Notes under the pieces: model-generated
Databases searched by the model: none
What the model saw: the letters and a program-made list of their open reading frames with translations, nothing else
What the model was told of the DNA's origin: nothing
Assembly: GCA_003427395.1 (NCBI GenBank)
Contig: BFEA01000010.1
Location: 2,559,202-2,623,201, forward strand
Length of the DNA stretch: 64,000 nt
Source of the DNA: Chara braunii
Taxonomy: Eukaryota; Plantae; Charophyceae
Direction: 5' to 3'
Position numbers and translations under genes: made by a program
Shown: piece after piece, positions 10,226 to 22,600 of the stretch
How the letters are laid out: each line of letters starts with the position of its first letter
How positions within the stretch are numbered: the stretch's first letter is position 1

Positions 10226-12844
10226 GAAAAAAGAAAAAGACCTTAACAGTGTAAAACGGTCACTTGGGGAGATACATCCGTGACCAGATACATTCTAGAA
10301 TATGACGGTTGAAAAGGACCTTGATTTTCTCTTGATTTTGCAGAGAAAATTAAGAAAAATCAAGGCCCCATGCAACCAAAATACAACGGATTACGTGGGG
10401 GAGGAGAAACACATGTTTTAGGTGAATCCGGAGTCAAAATTGAGTCCGGATGCACTTCAAAGTTAACCGTTTCTTTTTCCTTCAGTTTTGGGCAAGTTGT
10501 GTGGCAATGAGACTAGGAAATTGACCCCTACTGCAGTCCGAGTTACAACGGACTGCATGGGGAAGAAAAAACACATGTTTTAGATGCATTCACTACCAAT
10601 ATTGAACCCGGATGCACTTGAGAATTGAGTGCTTCATTTTTTTTCAACATGGGGCAAGTTGTGGGGCTATGGGACTAGAAAAATGACCATAATTGGAGTC
10701 CGAGAAATATCGGACTGCATAAAGACGCCTAGGCTAAGAGAAAATGAGTCACGGCAAGCCCAAAAGGATAAGAAAAGAGTAATTTCGGCATAGGGCAAAT
10801 AAAGACGGTAAACGGCAACCGTGAGATGAGATATCGCGGCCAAGAATAATCGGCACATATGGGGCACTTAAGGAAGGGATATTGAAACCTCCAAGGACAA
10901 GGAGGTCCCAAAAATAAAAATGGGACATCATCCGGAACATTGTCAGGGACTAAGTGGGCTGAAATAAAAATAGTCGAAAAACGGGACACTCGTCGGCAGG
11001 ACTACCGGCGGGATAAGAAAATGAAACTAGTACGGGGAGAGTCGCGGGGACTTGAGTTGTCCCAAGGTAACCATGAGTGAATATGAGGGATGGTCGCACA
11101 AAGCAAACGGCACCGTTGAGATCAAGATCTAGACGGTGGAGAATATTAGCACAACTAGTTCAAACACTAATGGGATCAAGTAGGAGAGTCGTGAGAGAAA
11201 AGAAAGCAAAATAATGATGATGGAAGGTTTGCCCAGCTAGTTCGAGGTATATCGGACTGGCTAGGCATGAGAAAATAGAGCCCCAAGGGGTTTAATATGA
11301 AAAAAAGACTGTCAAAAAGAAAACGGAGCAAAGGGGGCCCAAAATTGAAACTAATGGAGACAAAATGAAGCCCCCTTACATTTTGCTCCCTTAAGTGTGG
11401 GGGCTTCATTATTGTGATCCGAGATATAACAGTCAACTGTTGAGTCTGAATCTGGCCATAGATAAATATCTATGACGTAGAAAAAGACTCAACAACCACT
11501 TGACACTTGTCATATCAGGAAAAATAAAATAAAAAAAGAGAGAAAATGGAGGGAGAATGAGACAAAGAGCTTGAAAAGAGTGGAGAAGAATGTGCCGGTC
11601 TATTGGGACCTTCACAGTAGGGACTGGCAAGTCCCTATTAATCCCTCCAAGATGCAAGGAGGGCAATCCAGAATGCAGAGATATTGCCCTTGGGGCAATA
11701 TTTCCATAAAATTTGAATTAAAAAGACAAAATCAAAAACAAATACAAAGAAAAAATTGTCGGTTTTCTTTTGGGCTATGGATCTGAGATTCAGATTCATG
11801 GAGGAGGGAATATGGCCGTTCTTGACGAGGCCTACCCAAATAGCCAACTCCGGAATGAGTTGGCAGCCCTAAATGGAAAGAAACAAAAGAGAAAAAAAAA
11901 CAAAATTGTGCATTTGGTATAAAAAGAGGACCAAATGCACCAAAAAATTGGAAAGGTGAGCTTAGGGGCTCAAATTTAAAGCAAGGACTACTTGGGGGAA
12001 ACACGGAATATTGTTGGCCTTGAATCTCAGCCAGATCCAAAGCTAAAAAAACTCTGAGGCATAGGGAAATACCTCGGCCTACAAAAAAAGGGGTAGAAAC
12101 TGAAAAAATTGGGAAAAGACTCTCTAGGCCTTTTTCTTTCAAGTGAGGCTGCCCCTTGGGCATTAGGACCCAAGGGCGCAGCATTTTGAAAATGAAAAAG
12201 AGGCTAAAGGCGGCCAAGAGTCAATCCAAGTGGGTACCAACCACTCGGACTGCATGTACTTGGCCAAAATAAGGTCCGAGGACCTCCGGAAGGGACTAGT
12301 GGCTGAATTTTGCCTTGGGGGTACCTCGGTTCACCTCAAGGCGCATTGGGAGGCCCATGGGCTGGCCGGAGTGCTGGTTTCAGCCTACATAAGCTAAGGA
12401 TTCAGTCCGCCACACTCACATTTGCATGAGGAGTGCCCATGTTGCCCAAGTGAGTTCATAGGAGAAGTTTTTTCACTTGGAGAGAGGAGAGGGAAACCCC
12501 TGCTAGTTTGGGAACTTAAAGGAGACTGTGAGTTAGTGGAGGGAGCTTTAGAGGTTAGTGGTAGAAAGGCTGGCCTAGGGAGGTGATCCGCCATAGCCCC
12601 CAGACTGTGAGGAAGAGGGTGAGGCTAGAGGCAGTCTTATCTGCCCTCCTAGAGGGAGGACTCCATAGTCGTAGGGGAAGAAGCTTGCAATAACTTGGGA
12701 GAGGTTGATGGGCGGAAGGAGAAGAGGGTTTGAGGAAGAAGAAAGTCATAGCCAAGGTGATACTTGTGCAAAGAAGGGAGAAACTTCGTCAAGGTTGGTG
12801 CTCCATCTCCAAGACACTAAGGAGATGAGTGGAAAGGAGAAGAT

Positions 12845-13010
12845 TTTCCTTCTTCTTCTCCTTCTCTTTCTTCTTCTTCTTCTTCTTCTCCTTCTTCCTC
12901 TTCTTCTTCTTCGTCCTCTTCCTCTTTCTCTTCTTCTTCTACTCCTTCCTCCCTTATCTTCCTTCTCTCCTTCGTCTTCTTCTTCTTCTTCTTATTATTA
13001 TTATTATTTT
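12845..13010. repeat. (CTT)n-rich microsatellite within family A
   Basis: Directly visible; homologous (GAA)n tract at ~38330-38530. Confidence 0.9.
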
Positions 13011-13189
13011 TCTTCTTTATTTTCCCCCCCTTCCCTCCCTTCTCCTACTCTCCCAATGATCTCTTATCCATATCCCACCCTCTTCTTCTTCACCCCCCCT
13101 CTCTCTCTCCATAGGAACTTTCCTAAGCTTAGAGTAGATGGTAGGGAGCCTTCTCACTAGTAATGATCCCCCAATAGGCTCATTCTCCA

Positions 13190-14330
13190 CTCCCATATGA
13201 CGCCACTTCCCCCATTGTGATTTCATGCATTCGAGTGAGTTTCACTCACTCTTTTCTCACTTTCTTTCAATTTCTTCACTTAGGAGCAAATCGCAACTCT
13301 TATGTTTGCTTAATCTAGTGTTTTGATGATGATTACCTCTTGTTTAGTCCATTTTTCCACTCCCATATGAAGCGTCCTTTCCCTTTCTCTCCACTTCNTT
13401 TCCCTTTCTCTCCACTTCTCCACTTAGGAGCAAATCACAACTCTTGTGTTTGCTTAATCTAGTGTTTTGATGATGATTACCTCTTGTTTAGTCTATTCAT
13501 CCACGCCCATGTGAAGTGTTACTTCCCCCCCTTGTGATTTCTTGCATTTTAGAGAGTTTCAGTCACTCTTCCCTCCCTTTCTCTCCACTTCTTCACTTGG
13601 GCGCAAATCGCAACTCTTGTTTGTGTCTTCTCTAGTGTTTGGATCATGTTTCTCTCTTGTTTTGTCCTTTTCTTCACAACCATGTGAAGCGTCACTTCCC
13701 ATCTTATGATTTCCTCCATTTGAGAGAGTTTCACTCACTCTTCTCTCCCTTTCTCACTTCTTTACTTGGGAGCAAATCGCAAGTCTTGTTCGTGTTTTCT
13801 CTAGTGTTTGGCTGATGTTTCTCTCTTGCTTTGTCCTTTTCTTCACTCCCATGTGAAGCGCCACACCCCCCTTGTGATTTCATGCATTTGAGAAAAGTTC
13901 AACTCACTTTTCTCTCCCTTTCTCTCCACTTCTCCACTTGGGAGCAAATCGCAACTTTTGCTTCTGTTTTCTCTTGTGTTTGGATGATGTTTCTCTCTTG
14001 TTTTGTCCTTTTCTTCACTCCCATGTGAAGCATCGCTTCCTACCTTGTGATTTTCTGCATTTGAGATAGTTTCACTCACTCTTCTCTTCCTTTCCCTCCA
14101 CTTCTTCACTTGGGAGCAAATCGCAACTCTTGTTTGTGTTTTCTCTTGTGTTTGGATGATGTTTCTCTCTTGTTTTGTCATTTTCTTCATTCCCATGTGA
14201 AGCGTCACTTCGCACCTTGTGATTTCGTGCATTTGAGAGAGTTTCACTCACTCTTGCATCCCTTTCTCTCCACTTCTTCACTTAGGAGCAAATCGCAACT
14301 CTTGTTCATGTTTGCTCAAGTGTTTTTATG
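13190..14330. repeat. Tandem array D, ~172-bp unit, ~7 copies
   Basis: G(A/C)GCAAATC anchors at 13284, 13428, 13601, 13770, 13942, 14114, 14286. Confidence 0.9.
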
Positions 14331-14359
14331 GTTCCTCTCACCTACTTCGCTCAGTTTTC

Positions 14360-15010
14360 TTACATGATGACATTCCGTTTCAGTCTTGGTTGCGTTCATG
14401 AGCTTCAAGCATGTGTTTGAGCAAGTCTCACTCACATGCATGACTCAACTCTCACATGATGATATTCCTTTGCATTATTGGTTGCATCCGTGAGCTACAA
14501 CAATGTGTTTGAGCAAGTCTCACTTACATGCATGACTCATCTCTCACATGATGATATTCCATTGTATTCTTGATTGCCTTCATGAGCTTCAAGCATATGT
14601 TTGAGCAAGTCTCATTCACATAAATGACCCATCTCTCACATGATGATGTTGCATTGTATTCTTGATTGCCTTCATGAGCTTCACGCATGTGTTTGAGCAA
14701 GTCTCACTCACGTGCATGACTAGTCTCTCACGTGATGATGTTCCATTGCATTCTTGATTGCTTTCATGAGTTTCAAGCATGTGTTTAAGCAAGTCTCACT
14801 CACATGCATGGCTCATCTCTCACTTGATAATGTTCCATTGTATTCTTGATTGCCTTCATGAGCTTCAAGCATGTGTTTGAGCAAGTCTCACTCACGTGCA
14901 TGACTCATCTCTCACGTGATGATGTTCCATTGCATTCTTGATTGCTTTCATGAGCTTCAAGCATGTGTTTGAGCAAGTCTCACTCAAATGCATGACCCAT
15001 CTCTCACAGG
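14360..15010. repeat. Tandem array E, 92-bp unit, ~7 copies
   Basis: AGCAAGTCTCA recurs every ~92 bp from ~14420 to ~14971. Confidence 0.9.
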
Positions 15011-16730
15011 ATAATGTTCCGATTCACAACTTGGTTGTTCCACTGCTCACATGCATGTGTTCTCACTACTCACACCCTCACTTGTTAAGTTCATGCCTTG
15101 ATGATTGTCCGGTTCTCACTTGGTCGTTCAACTACTCATATGCATGTTTTCTCGCTAGTTCCATCCTCACCTTGTCAAGTTCATGCATTTGGTAATGTTT
15201 CAATTCTCACTTGGTTGTTCAACTACTCATGTGCATGTGTTCTCACTCCTCACACCCTGATTTTGTGAAGTTCATGCATTTGGTAGCTTTCTGATTTTTA
15301 CTTGGTTGTTCTACTACTTATGTGCATATGTTATCGCTAGTTTCACCCTCACTTTGTGAAGTTCATGCATTTGGTAATGTTCCGATTACCTTTGGTTATT
15401 CTACTATTCATGAACATGTGTTCTCAGTACTCACAGCCTTTGATAATGTTCGGATTCACACTCGGTTGTTCTACTACTCATGTGCACGTATTCTCACTGG
15501 TCTCATCCTCACTTTTTCTAGTTCATGCCTTTGGCAATGTTTCGATTCACACTTGGCTGTTCTACTACTCATGAACATGTGTTTTTACTACTCACGCCCT
15601 CACCTTGTCAAGTTTATGCATTTGGTAATATTTTAATTCTCACTTAGCTGTTCTACTACTAATGTGCATGTGTTCTCGCTAGTTTCACCCTCACTTTGTC
15701 AAGTTCATGCATTTGGTAATGCTCCGATTCACACTTGGTTGTTCCCACACTCATATGCATGTATTTTCACCAGTCACACCCTCACCTTGTCAAGTTCATG
15801 CATTTGGTAATGTTCCGATTCACAGTTGGTTGTTCCACTACTCACATGCATGTGTTCTCACTAGTCACACCCTCACTTGTCAAGTTCATGCATTTCGTAA
15901 TGTTTCGATTCACACTTGGCTGTTCCACTAGTCACATGCATGTGTCTCACTAGTCACACCCTCACTTGTGAAGTTCATGCCTTGATGATTGTCCGGTTTT
16001 GACTTGGCTGTTCAACTACTCATGCGCATGTCTTCTCACAAGTTTCACCCTCACTTTGTCAAGTTCATGCATTTGGTAATGTTCCAATTGTCACTTGGTT
16101 GTTCAACTACTCATGTGCATGTGTTCTCACTACTCACACCCTCATTTTGCCAAGTTCATGGATATGGTAGTGCCCCGGTTCTCACTTGGTTGTTCTACTA
16201 CTCATGTGCATGTGTTCTCGCTAGTTCCACCCTCACTTTGTCAAGTTCATGCCTTTGATAATATTCCAATTCACACTTGGTTGTTCTACTACTCATGTGC
16301 ATGTATTTCACTAGTCTCACCCTCACATTGTATAGTTCATGCCTTTGATAATGCTCCGATTCCCATTTGACTGTTCTATTACTCATGTGCATGTATTCTC
16401 ACTAGTTCCACCCTCAGTTTGTGTAGTTCATGCCTTTGGTAATGTTCCGATTCACACTTGGTTGTTCTTATGCTCATGTTCATGTGTTTCCATCGGTTAC
16501 ACTCTCACTTTATCAAGTTCATGCCTTGATGATTCTCCGGTTCACACTTGGCTGGTCCACTATTCATGTGCATGTGTCCCATCCGTTACACTCTCACCTT
16601 GTCAAGTTCATGTATTTGGTAGTTGTCTGATTCTCACATAAACGTTCCACTACTCGTATTCGTGTGCTCGTACTAATCACACTCTCGTTTTATCAAGTCC
16701 ATGTAACTAGTGATGACCGATTCGCACTTG
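15010..16730. repeat. Tandem array F, ~91-bp unit, ~19 copies
   Basis: AGTTCATGCATTTGGTAATGTTCCGATTCACACTTGGTTGTTCTACTACTCATGTGCATGTG recurs at ~91-bp spacing. Confidence 0.9.
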
Positions 16731-16915
16731 GATGCTACTGTTGTGGGATGGGTGACCGGCACTTGGCTGCTACTGTTGTGGGATGGGTGACCGACACTTG
16801 GCTGCTACTAATGTGGGATGGGTGACCGACAATTAGCTGCTACTGATGTGGGATGGGTGACCGACACTTGGCTGCTGCTGCTATGGGATGAGTGACCGAT
16901 GCTTGGCTGTTATTA
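16729..16915. repeat. Tandem array G, 35-bp unit, 5 copies
   Basis: TGTGGGATGGGTGACCGACACTTGGCTGCTACTG-type units with anchors at 16741, 16776, 16811, 16846, 16881. Confidence 0.92.
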
Positions 16916-16917
16916 CT

Positions 16918-16927
16918 GAAGGGGGAA
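16918..16927 (+). promoter_or_regulatory. Polypurine tract (PPT) of family A copy 1
   Basis: GAAGGGGGAA lies one base before TG at 16929. Confidence 0.6.
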
Positions 16928-16928
16928 T

Positions 16929-18245
16929 TGATTAGGACTCGGAACTCCTCTTCTCTCTCTCCCTCTCCCTTGTCCCTCTATCGATCCTTCTCTTTCTATT
17001 CTCCCTCTCTCTCCTTCTCTCCCTCTTTCTTTCTCTCTCTCTCTCTCTCCCTCTCTTTCGTTCCATCTCTCTTTCCTTCTTTCTTTTCTTCTCTCTCTCT
17101 CTTTCTCTCTTTTCTCGCTCTTCGTCATACCCTCTCCCTCTTCCACCACTTGGCATATAACTAACCCTTCCCACTCACTTGTTACATTGTCAAGGAAACG
17201 AACAGTGAAAAGAATTTGTCGTCACTTGGCGGATAAAGTGGGCAAGGGGAGGGTTACCGGTCCCTTGCGTCGCCAAGAAGGAAGGAAAGAGACACTTGAG
17301 GGATTGAGAGGAGCCGAGTCTGAAAAAGGGCTAGAGGAAGTTGGTGCTTGAAGCAAGGTCAGTTGACTCAACCATTTCCCCGACTGCATGACTATGAGAA
17401 GAGGATGGACTGATTGAGCAAAAGGAAGGAGAATGAAGAGAAGCCAAAGGAAAAGAAAGTTAGGCATGCGGAAAGGGGTATGTGTTGACCCCAATGGGGT
17501 ATTGTATCGGTCTTTGCCTTTGTGTGGCATTACGCATGTGAGTAAGTCTTGGGATGCCTTGAGCGGGATCGGGTCGGGGAAGCCGGGCGGCAAAGAAAAA
17601 GGGAAGAGGGGCAAAGGGGGCTACGGAGCCCTTAGCGTAAAGTCGATCAATGAAAAAAACCTTTGTGCATGAGATTTGCAGAGTGAATGAAAGAAGGGAG
17701 CGGGACTTTTGTTCATCTGAATGAGAGGTAGCTTGTGCATATGTTTGAAGGCCACGAAAAACTAAGGGGCTCGCTCTAATAACGGCGGATGGAATGTATG
17801 AGGCACGAGGAGTGAGTAGAGGCGAGGAGAAAAGACGGCGTTGCCGCACCCCGATGACGCCATAGGATTGTTTTGCTTAGAGAAATGGTGTGTGGCCTAA
17901 GGATGACGCTTAGCCTACGCACAAAAGAAGAGGAACTTTCAAAGAACCCCTGAACTGCCTGCGTATTGGAAGGAGCATTTGCTTGAGAACACAACCAAGT
18001 ATCAGAAAATCGGCGCTTGTGGGATGACCAGCGAGACCTCCACCCAGCGTGAGGACTGAGCTACATCCCCAATGTCAAAGCTCTCTCGCTCGATGGCCCA
18101 CCCCCATCCATCTCAAACCACTAGGTGGGGGTGACTCGGGGATGAAAGGCCCACGCCCTGAGTGTGAGCATGGGCGGGCCAAGCCAGCTGGGACCCGTAG
18201 CGGGGTCGACCAAGGCTCGAAAGTCTACCGGGGTTTGGCCCTACA
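16929..18245 (+). repeat. Putative 3' LTR of family A copy 1 (1317 bp, TGATTAGG...CCTACA)
   Basis: Starts with TG right after the PPT. Ends with CA exactly where family A internal sequence (CCGTTATATCTCGG, cf. 39955) resumes in the opposite orientation. The termini form an imperfect inverted repeat. Confidence 0.6.
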
Positions 18246-19252
18246 CCGTTATATCTCGGATTACAATAATGAAGCCCCTATACGCAAGGGGGCTTCATTT
18301 CGCTCCCGTTCGCCTCAATTTTGGACACTCTTTGCTCCGTTTTCTTTTTGATAGCCTTTTTCTCATGTTGAGTCCCTTTGGGCTTTATTTTCTTATGACT
18401 AACTAGTCTGAGATGCCTCGGACTGCTGGGCAATCCCTCCACCATCATTATTTTGCTTTCTTTTCTCTCACGGTTCTCGCACTTGATGCCACTAGTGGTG
18501 CTGATATTTTCCACCGTCTAGATCTTTTGATCTCGACGGTGTCTTTTACTTTGTGTGACAATTTTTTTTATGTTGGCTTCTGGTTCCCTTGGGACATCTC
18601 AAGTCCCCGCCACTTTTCCTCCGTACTATTTTCATTTTATTTTACCTCGTCGGCAGTCCCGCCGGCGCATGTCTCATTTTTCGACTAATTTTATTTGGGT
18701 CTGTTTAGTCCCCGACATTGTCCAGGATGTCGTCCCATTTTTATTTTGGGACCTCCTTGCCTTTAAATGTTCCAATATCTCCTTCTTAAGTGTCTCATGT
18801 GTGCCGATTATTCTTGGGCGCGAGATCTCATCTCACGGTTGTCGCTTACCGTCTCTATTTACCTCATGCCGAAATCACTCTTTTCTAGTTTTTTGTGTTT
18901 GTCATGGCTCATTTTTCCCTTGGCCTAGGCATCCTTATGCAGTCCATTATTTGTCGGACTGCTACTGTGGCCATTTTCCTAGTCCCATAGCCCCACAACT
19001 TGCCCCAAATTGAATAAAAATGAAGCGCTCAATTTTCAAGTGCATCCGGACTCAATATTGGCTCCGGATGCACCTAAAACATGTGTTTCTCTTTCCCCAT
19101 GCAATCTATTGTATCTCGGTTGCAAAGGGCCTTGATTTTTCTTGATGTTTTTTGCAAAATCAAGAGAAAACCAATGCCATTTGCAACCGCCATATTCCAT
19201 AATGTATCTGGTTATGGATGCATCTCCCCAAGTGAACGTTTTTTACCGTTAC

Positions 19253-19311
<59 letters not shown>

Positions 19312-19819
19312 CTTTTCTTTTCCTCCTTTTTTGGACAGTAGGGATCTGCCAGTCCCTATTTGTGGCAGTCCCTACTGACGGTCAACTCACTCACTCCGTC
19401 TCACTCTTTTTGTCTTATTCTCCCACATTTTTCTGTTTTTTTCTTTCTTTTTCTAGCATGCCAAGTGTCAAGTGGTCGTTAAGACCTTTTTCTAGTTTTT
19501 TCCTCTTAGTTTTCACTCTTCCTATACCCATGGTGTAGTCCTTTATATCTCGGACTGCGATAATGGTTCCTACTCCGATTTTCTCCCGGAGGCCTATTTT
19601 CCACATGGAGTCTCTTTTGACTTCATTTTTTTTAGGGAGGCGCATCCGAGATTTTTCGGATTGCTCTCATGCCTCCCCTTTCATGTTTTTTTACTTTTTC
19701 TCATTTCATTTGGTCTTCCTGTTTGCTACCACTAGTGTTTGCACTAGTAGTGCTAATATTCTTGGCCATCAAAATCCCGATCATGCTGCTCCACCGCTTC
19801 TCTTGAAACCTTCTCATGT

Positions 19820-20050
19820 CCCCGCCACTTGCCCCGTCGGTGGTCCCCGATACTTTGTCCCGCCGGTGGTCCCCGACACTTTGTCCCGTCGGTGGTCCTC
19901 AACACTTTGTCCCGCCGGTGGTCCCCGACACTTTGTCCGGCCGGTGGTCCCTGACACTTTGTCCCGCCGGTGGTCCCCGACATGTTTTGTCCCGTCGGTG
20001 GTCGCCGACACTTTGTCCCTCCGGTGGTCCCTGACAGTTTTTGTCCCGGA
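19820..20050. repeat. Array C in copy 2 (26-bp unit, inverted, ~8 copies)
   Basis: CGCCGGTGGTCCCCGACACTTTGTCC repeats. Confidence 0.9.
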
Positions 20051-20829
20051 TACCATTATTTTTACTTAGTCTCACGTGGTCCTTGGTGCCTTTCCTCAAT
20101 GTGTCCCATGTTCTTTTGGCGTCTACCGCCCTACGGTGAACCTTTTCTCGGGCCTTGTGCACGTTGGTTTCTCTGACCACGGGGCCTCCAATCCGTGGTT
20201 TCGGTTAGTTGTCATAGGCGGCCCCCATATTGGACCCTTATTCACAAGCGCCCCACGGCCACCACGGCTATTCACCTCTCGGCTTCCCGATTCTTTTGTC
20301 ATCCGCCGTGCCGCGCTTACTAGGTTAATGGCCCCTCGGGTCCTTGTCATGCTGAGTTCAGATGGTCCTCCTGACCCCATGCTATGCTCCTATGTGGCCG
20401 TGTTCCGTCCCTTACTTGCTTGCCGTTGCCGGTTCTTTCTCCCTGCGGTACTTAGCCCAAAGCATCACTCCTCCCGGTGGTCTCGTCCTAGTCCTTTGTC
20501 TTTTCTCTCTCTCTTATCTCCTTACTCCAGATTTCTCTCTCCTACACAACCTAGCTATATCTCGGCTCTCGAGTGTATTTTTGACCCACAGGTCCCGACA
20601 CATTCCTCCACTCATTCGTGAGGTCCTCATCGCGCACCAGTCTTCTGTCAGTAGGGGGTCTGGAGGGATGGACGGGAGGAGGTGGGATGTGATGGGTAGT
20701 TAGTTTGTCACAACATTTTTTTGTCGTTTCCTTGTTCCTTTCCCATGGTTTCTTCTAGTCTCCGCTCCTTGGGGTGGAGAGGGGTGTGCGAGTCAAACTA
20801 TCTTTTTGAGGGTTCCTTCAGGCTTCTTT

Positions 20830-21125
20830 CGTCTCATTCATCACCCTTAGAACATCAAGCCTTCTTTGGGCACTTTTCATCTCATTCATCACCCTTAGAA
20901 CATCAAGCCTTTTTTCAACTTCTCATTCATCACCCTTAGAGCACAAAAACCTTCTCTCAACTTTCTCATTCATCACCCTTAGAACATCAACCCTTCTTTC
21001 AACTTCTCATTCATCACCCTTAGAGCATCAAAACCTTCCCTCAACTTTCTCATGCATCACCCTTAAAGCATCAAGATTTTCCTTTCAACTTCTCTATTCT
21101 CATTCATCACTTTTAGGGCGTCAAA
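20830..21125. repeat. Array B equivalent in copy 2 (41-48-bp unit, ~7 copies)
   Basis: TCTCATTCATCACCCTTAGAACATCAA repeats. Confidence 0.85.
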
Positions 21126-21369
21126 CATTCTTTCACCTTCTCTCATCTTCTGCAGCCCGTGCTCTTCCCCTGAGCCTTACCATCCAAAAATGCCCTCGAA
21201 TGATCTACCTTTCATCTCGCGCAGACCATGTTCCTTTCCTGAGGGTTGCCACCAATGTTGTCATGCAGGGATGCCCGGGGCCCAAGCCAGGGTGGGGGTT
21301 TCACCCCCTCACCCCCGACGTGGGGATCCCCGACTCCCAGCCCCAACAAATTACCCCCACATGTGCCCC

Positions 21370-21879
21370 NNNNNNNNNNNNNNNNNNNNNNNNNNNNNNN
21401 NNNNNNNNNNNNNNNNNNNNNNNNNNNNNNNNNNNNNNNNNNNNNNNNNNNNNNNNNNNNNNNNNNNNNNNNNNNNNNNNNNNNNNNNNNNNNNNNNNNN
21501 NNNNNNNNNNNNNNNNNNNNNNNNNNNNNNNNNNNNNNNNNNNNNNNNNNNNNNNNNNNNNNNNNNNNNNNNNNNNNNNNNNNNNNNNNNNNNNNNNNNN
21601 NNNNNNNNNNNNNNNNNNNNNNNNNNNNNNNNNNNNNNNNNNNNNNNNNNNNNNNNNNNNNNNNNNNNNNNNNNNNNNNNNNNNNNNNNNNNNNNNNNNN
21701 NNNNNNNNNNNNNNNNNNNNNNNNNNNNNNNNNNNNNNNNNNNNNNNNNNNNNNNNNNNNNNNNNNNNNNNNNNNNNNNNNNNNNNNNNNNNNNNNNNNN
21801 NNNNNNNNNNNNNNNNNNNNNNNNNNNNNNNNNNNNNNNNNNNNNNNNNNNNNNNNNNNNNNNNNNNNNNNNNNNNNNN
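21370..21879. other. Assembly gap (other gaps: 7783-7887, 33496-33915, 36180-36339, 56487-56773)
   Basis: Runs of N. Confidence 1.
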
Positions 21880-21925
21880 TTTGCAGTTCGGCCCAGGGGG
21901 TGCAGACTGCCGCTGCGCACCCCCC

Positions 21926-21956
<31 letters not shown>

Positions 21957-22309
21957 GGGGGGGGCGGGGGGAGGGGTCCGAAGCCGGGGTCAGAGGTGCC
22001 CATCCCCGGAACCCCGCAGCCCCACCGGGGCCCCGGGGCCAGAGCTCGACAACCCTGGCTGCCACCTTTCATGGCTTTTCTCAGTCAGTTTTGCCACTTT
22101 TTTCTCACGCTCATGCCCTGCCAATCTTACCCATATTTTCTGGTCAATTTCTCATGCATTTTCTCTTGTTGCGTGTGAGGTCTTTCTCAAGCCCATACTT
22201 TAATCAACATCCCATGCATTTCCTACTCGCCAGGGCTTTCTCAAACTCGGGCTCAATCAACATCCCATCTGGCCAGTCGCCAGACCTTTCTCTAACTTTA
22301 TCCATTTCA

Positions 22310-22600
22310 CATGCATGTTTTCCTTGCCAGACCTTTCTTACGTCCAAGTTCAATCAATTTCACGTGCATCTTTCTTCTGGACTTCTTGCCAGACCTTTCA
22401 TGCCTTTTCTCTTCTCTACATCTTGCCAGGCCTTTCTCAAGCCCAAGCAAAGTCAATTTTACATGTCTTTCTCTTCTGGACATCTTGTCAGGCCTTTCTC
22501 ACGCCCAAGTAAAGTCGATTTTACATGCCATTCTCTTCTGGACATCTTGCCAGACTTTTCTCAAGCCCAAGCAAAGTCGATTTTACATGTCATTTCTCTC
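22310..22600. repeat. Array A equivalent in copy 2 (62-bp unit)
   Basis: GCCCAAG anchors at 22441, 22503, 22565; core CATCTTGCCAGACTTTTCTCA is shared with array A. Confidence 0.8.

Larger units (their letters stand above)
1..18245 (+). mobile_element. Large Ty3/Gypsy LTR retrotransposon, family A copy 1 (5' end outside window; pol-less/non-autonomous; the first ~5.5 kb may be composite)
   Basis: ~6100-11430 is an inverted homologue of ~18246-24200, and ~8800-16700 of ~35745-42329. A gag zinc-knuckle region at ~4690-4900 is homologous to 31100-31340(-). Ends with a purine tract followed by a TG...CA LTR. Confidence 0.7.

Noticed and set aside
12705-17174. Poly-L/F/E/R and His/Cys-rich ORFs (also 35721-38578, 52073-53581, 60625-61646)
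   Set aside because: They are translations of microsatellites and tandem arrays.
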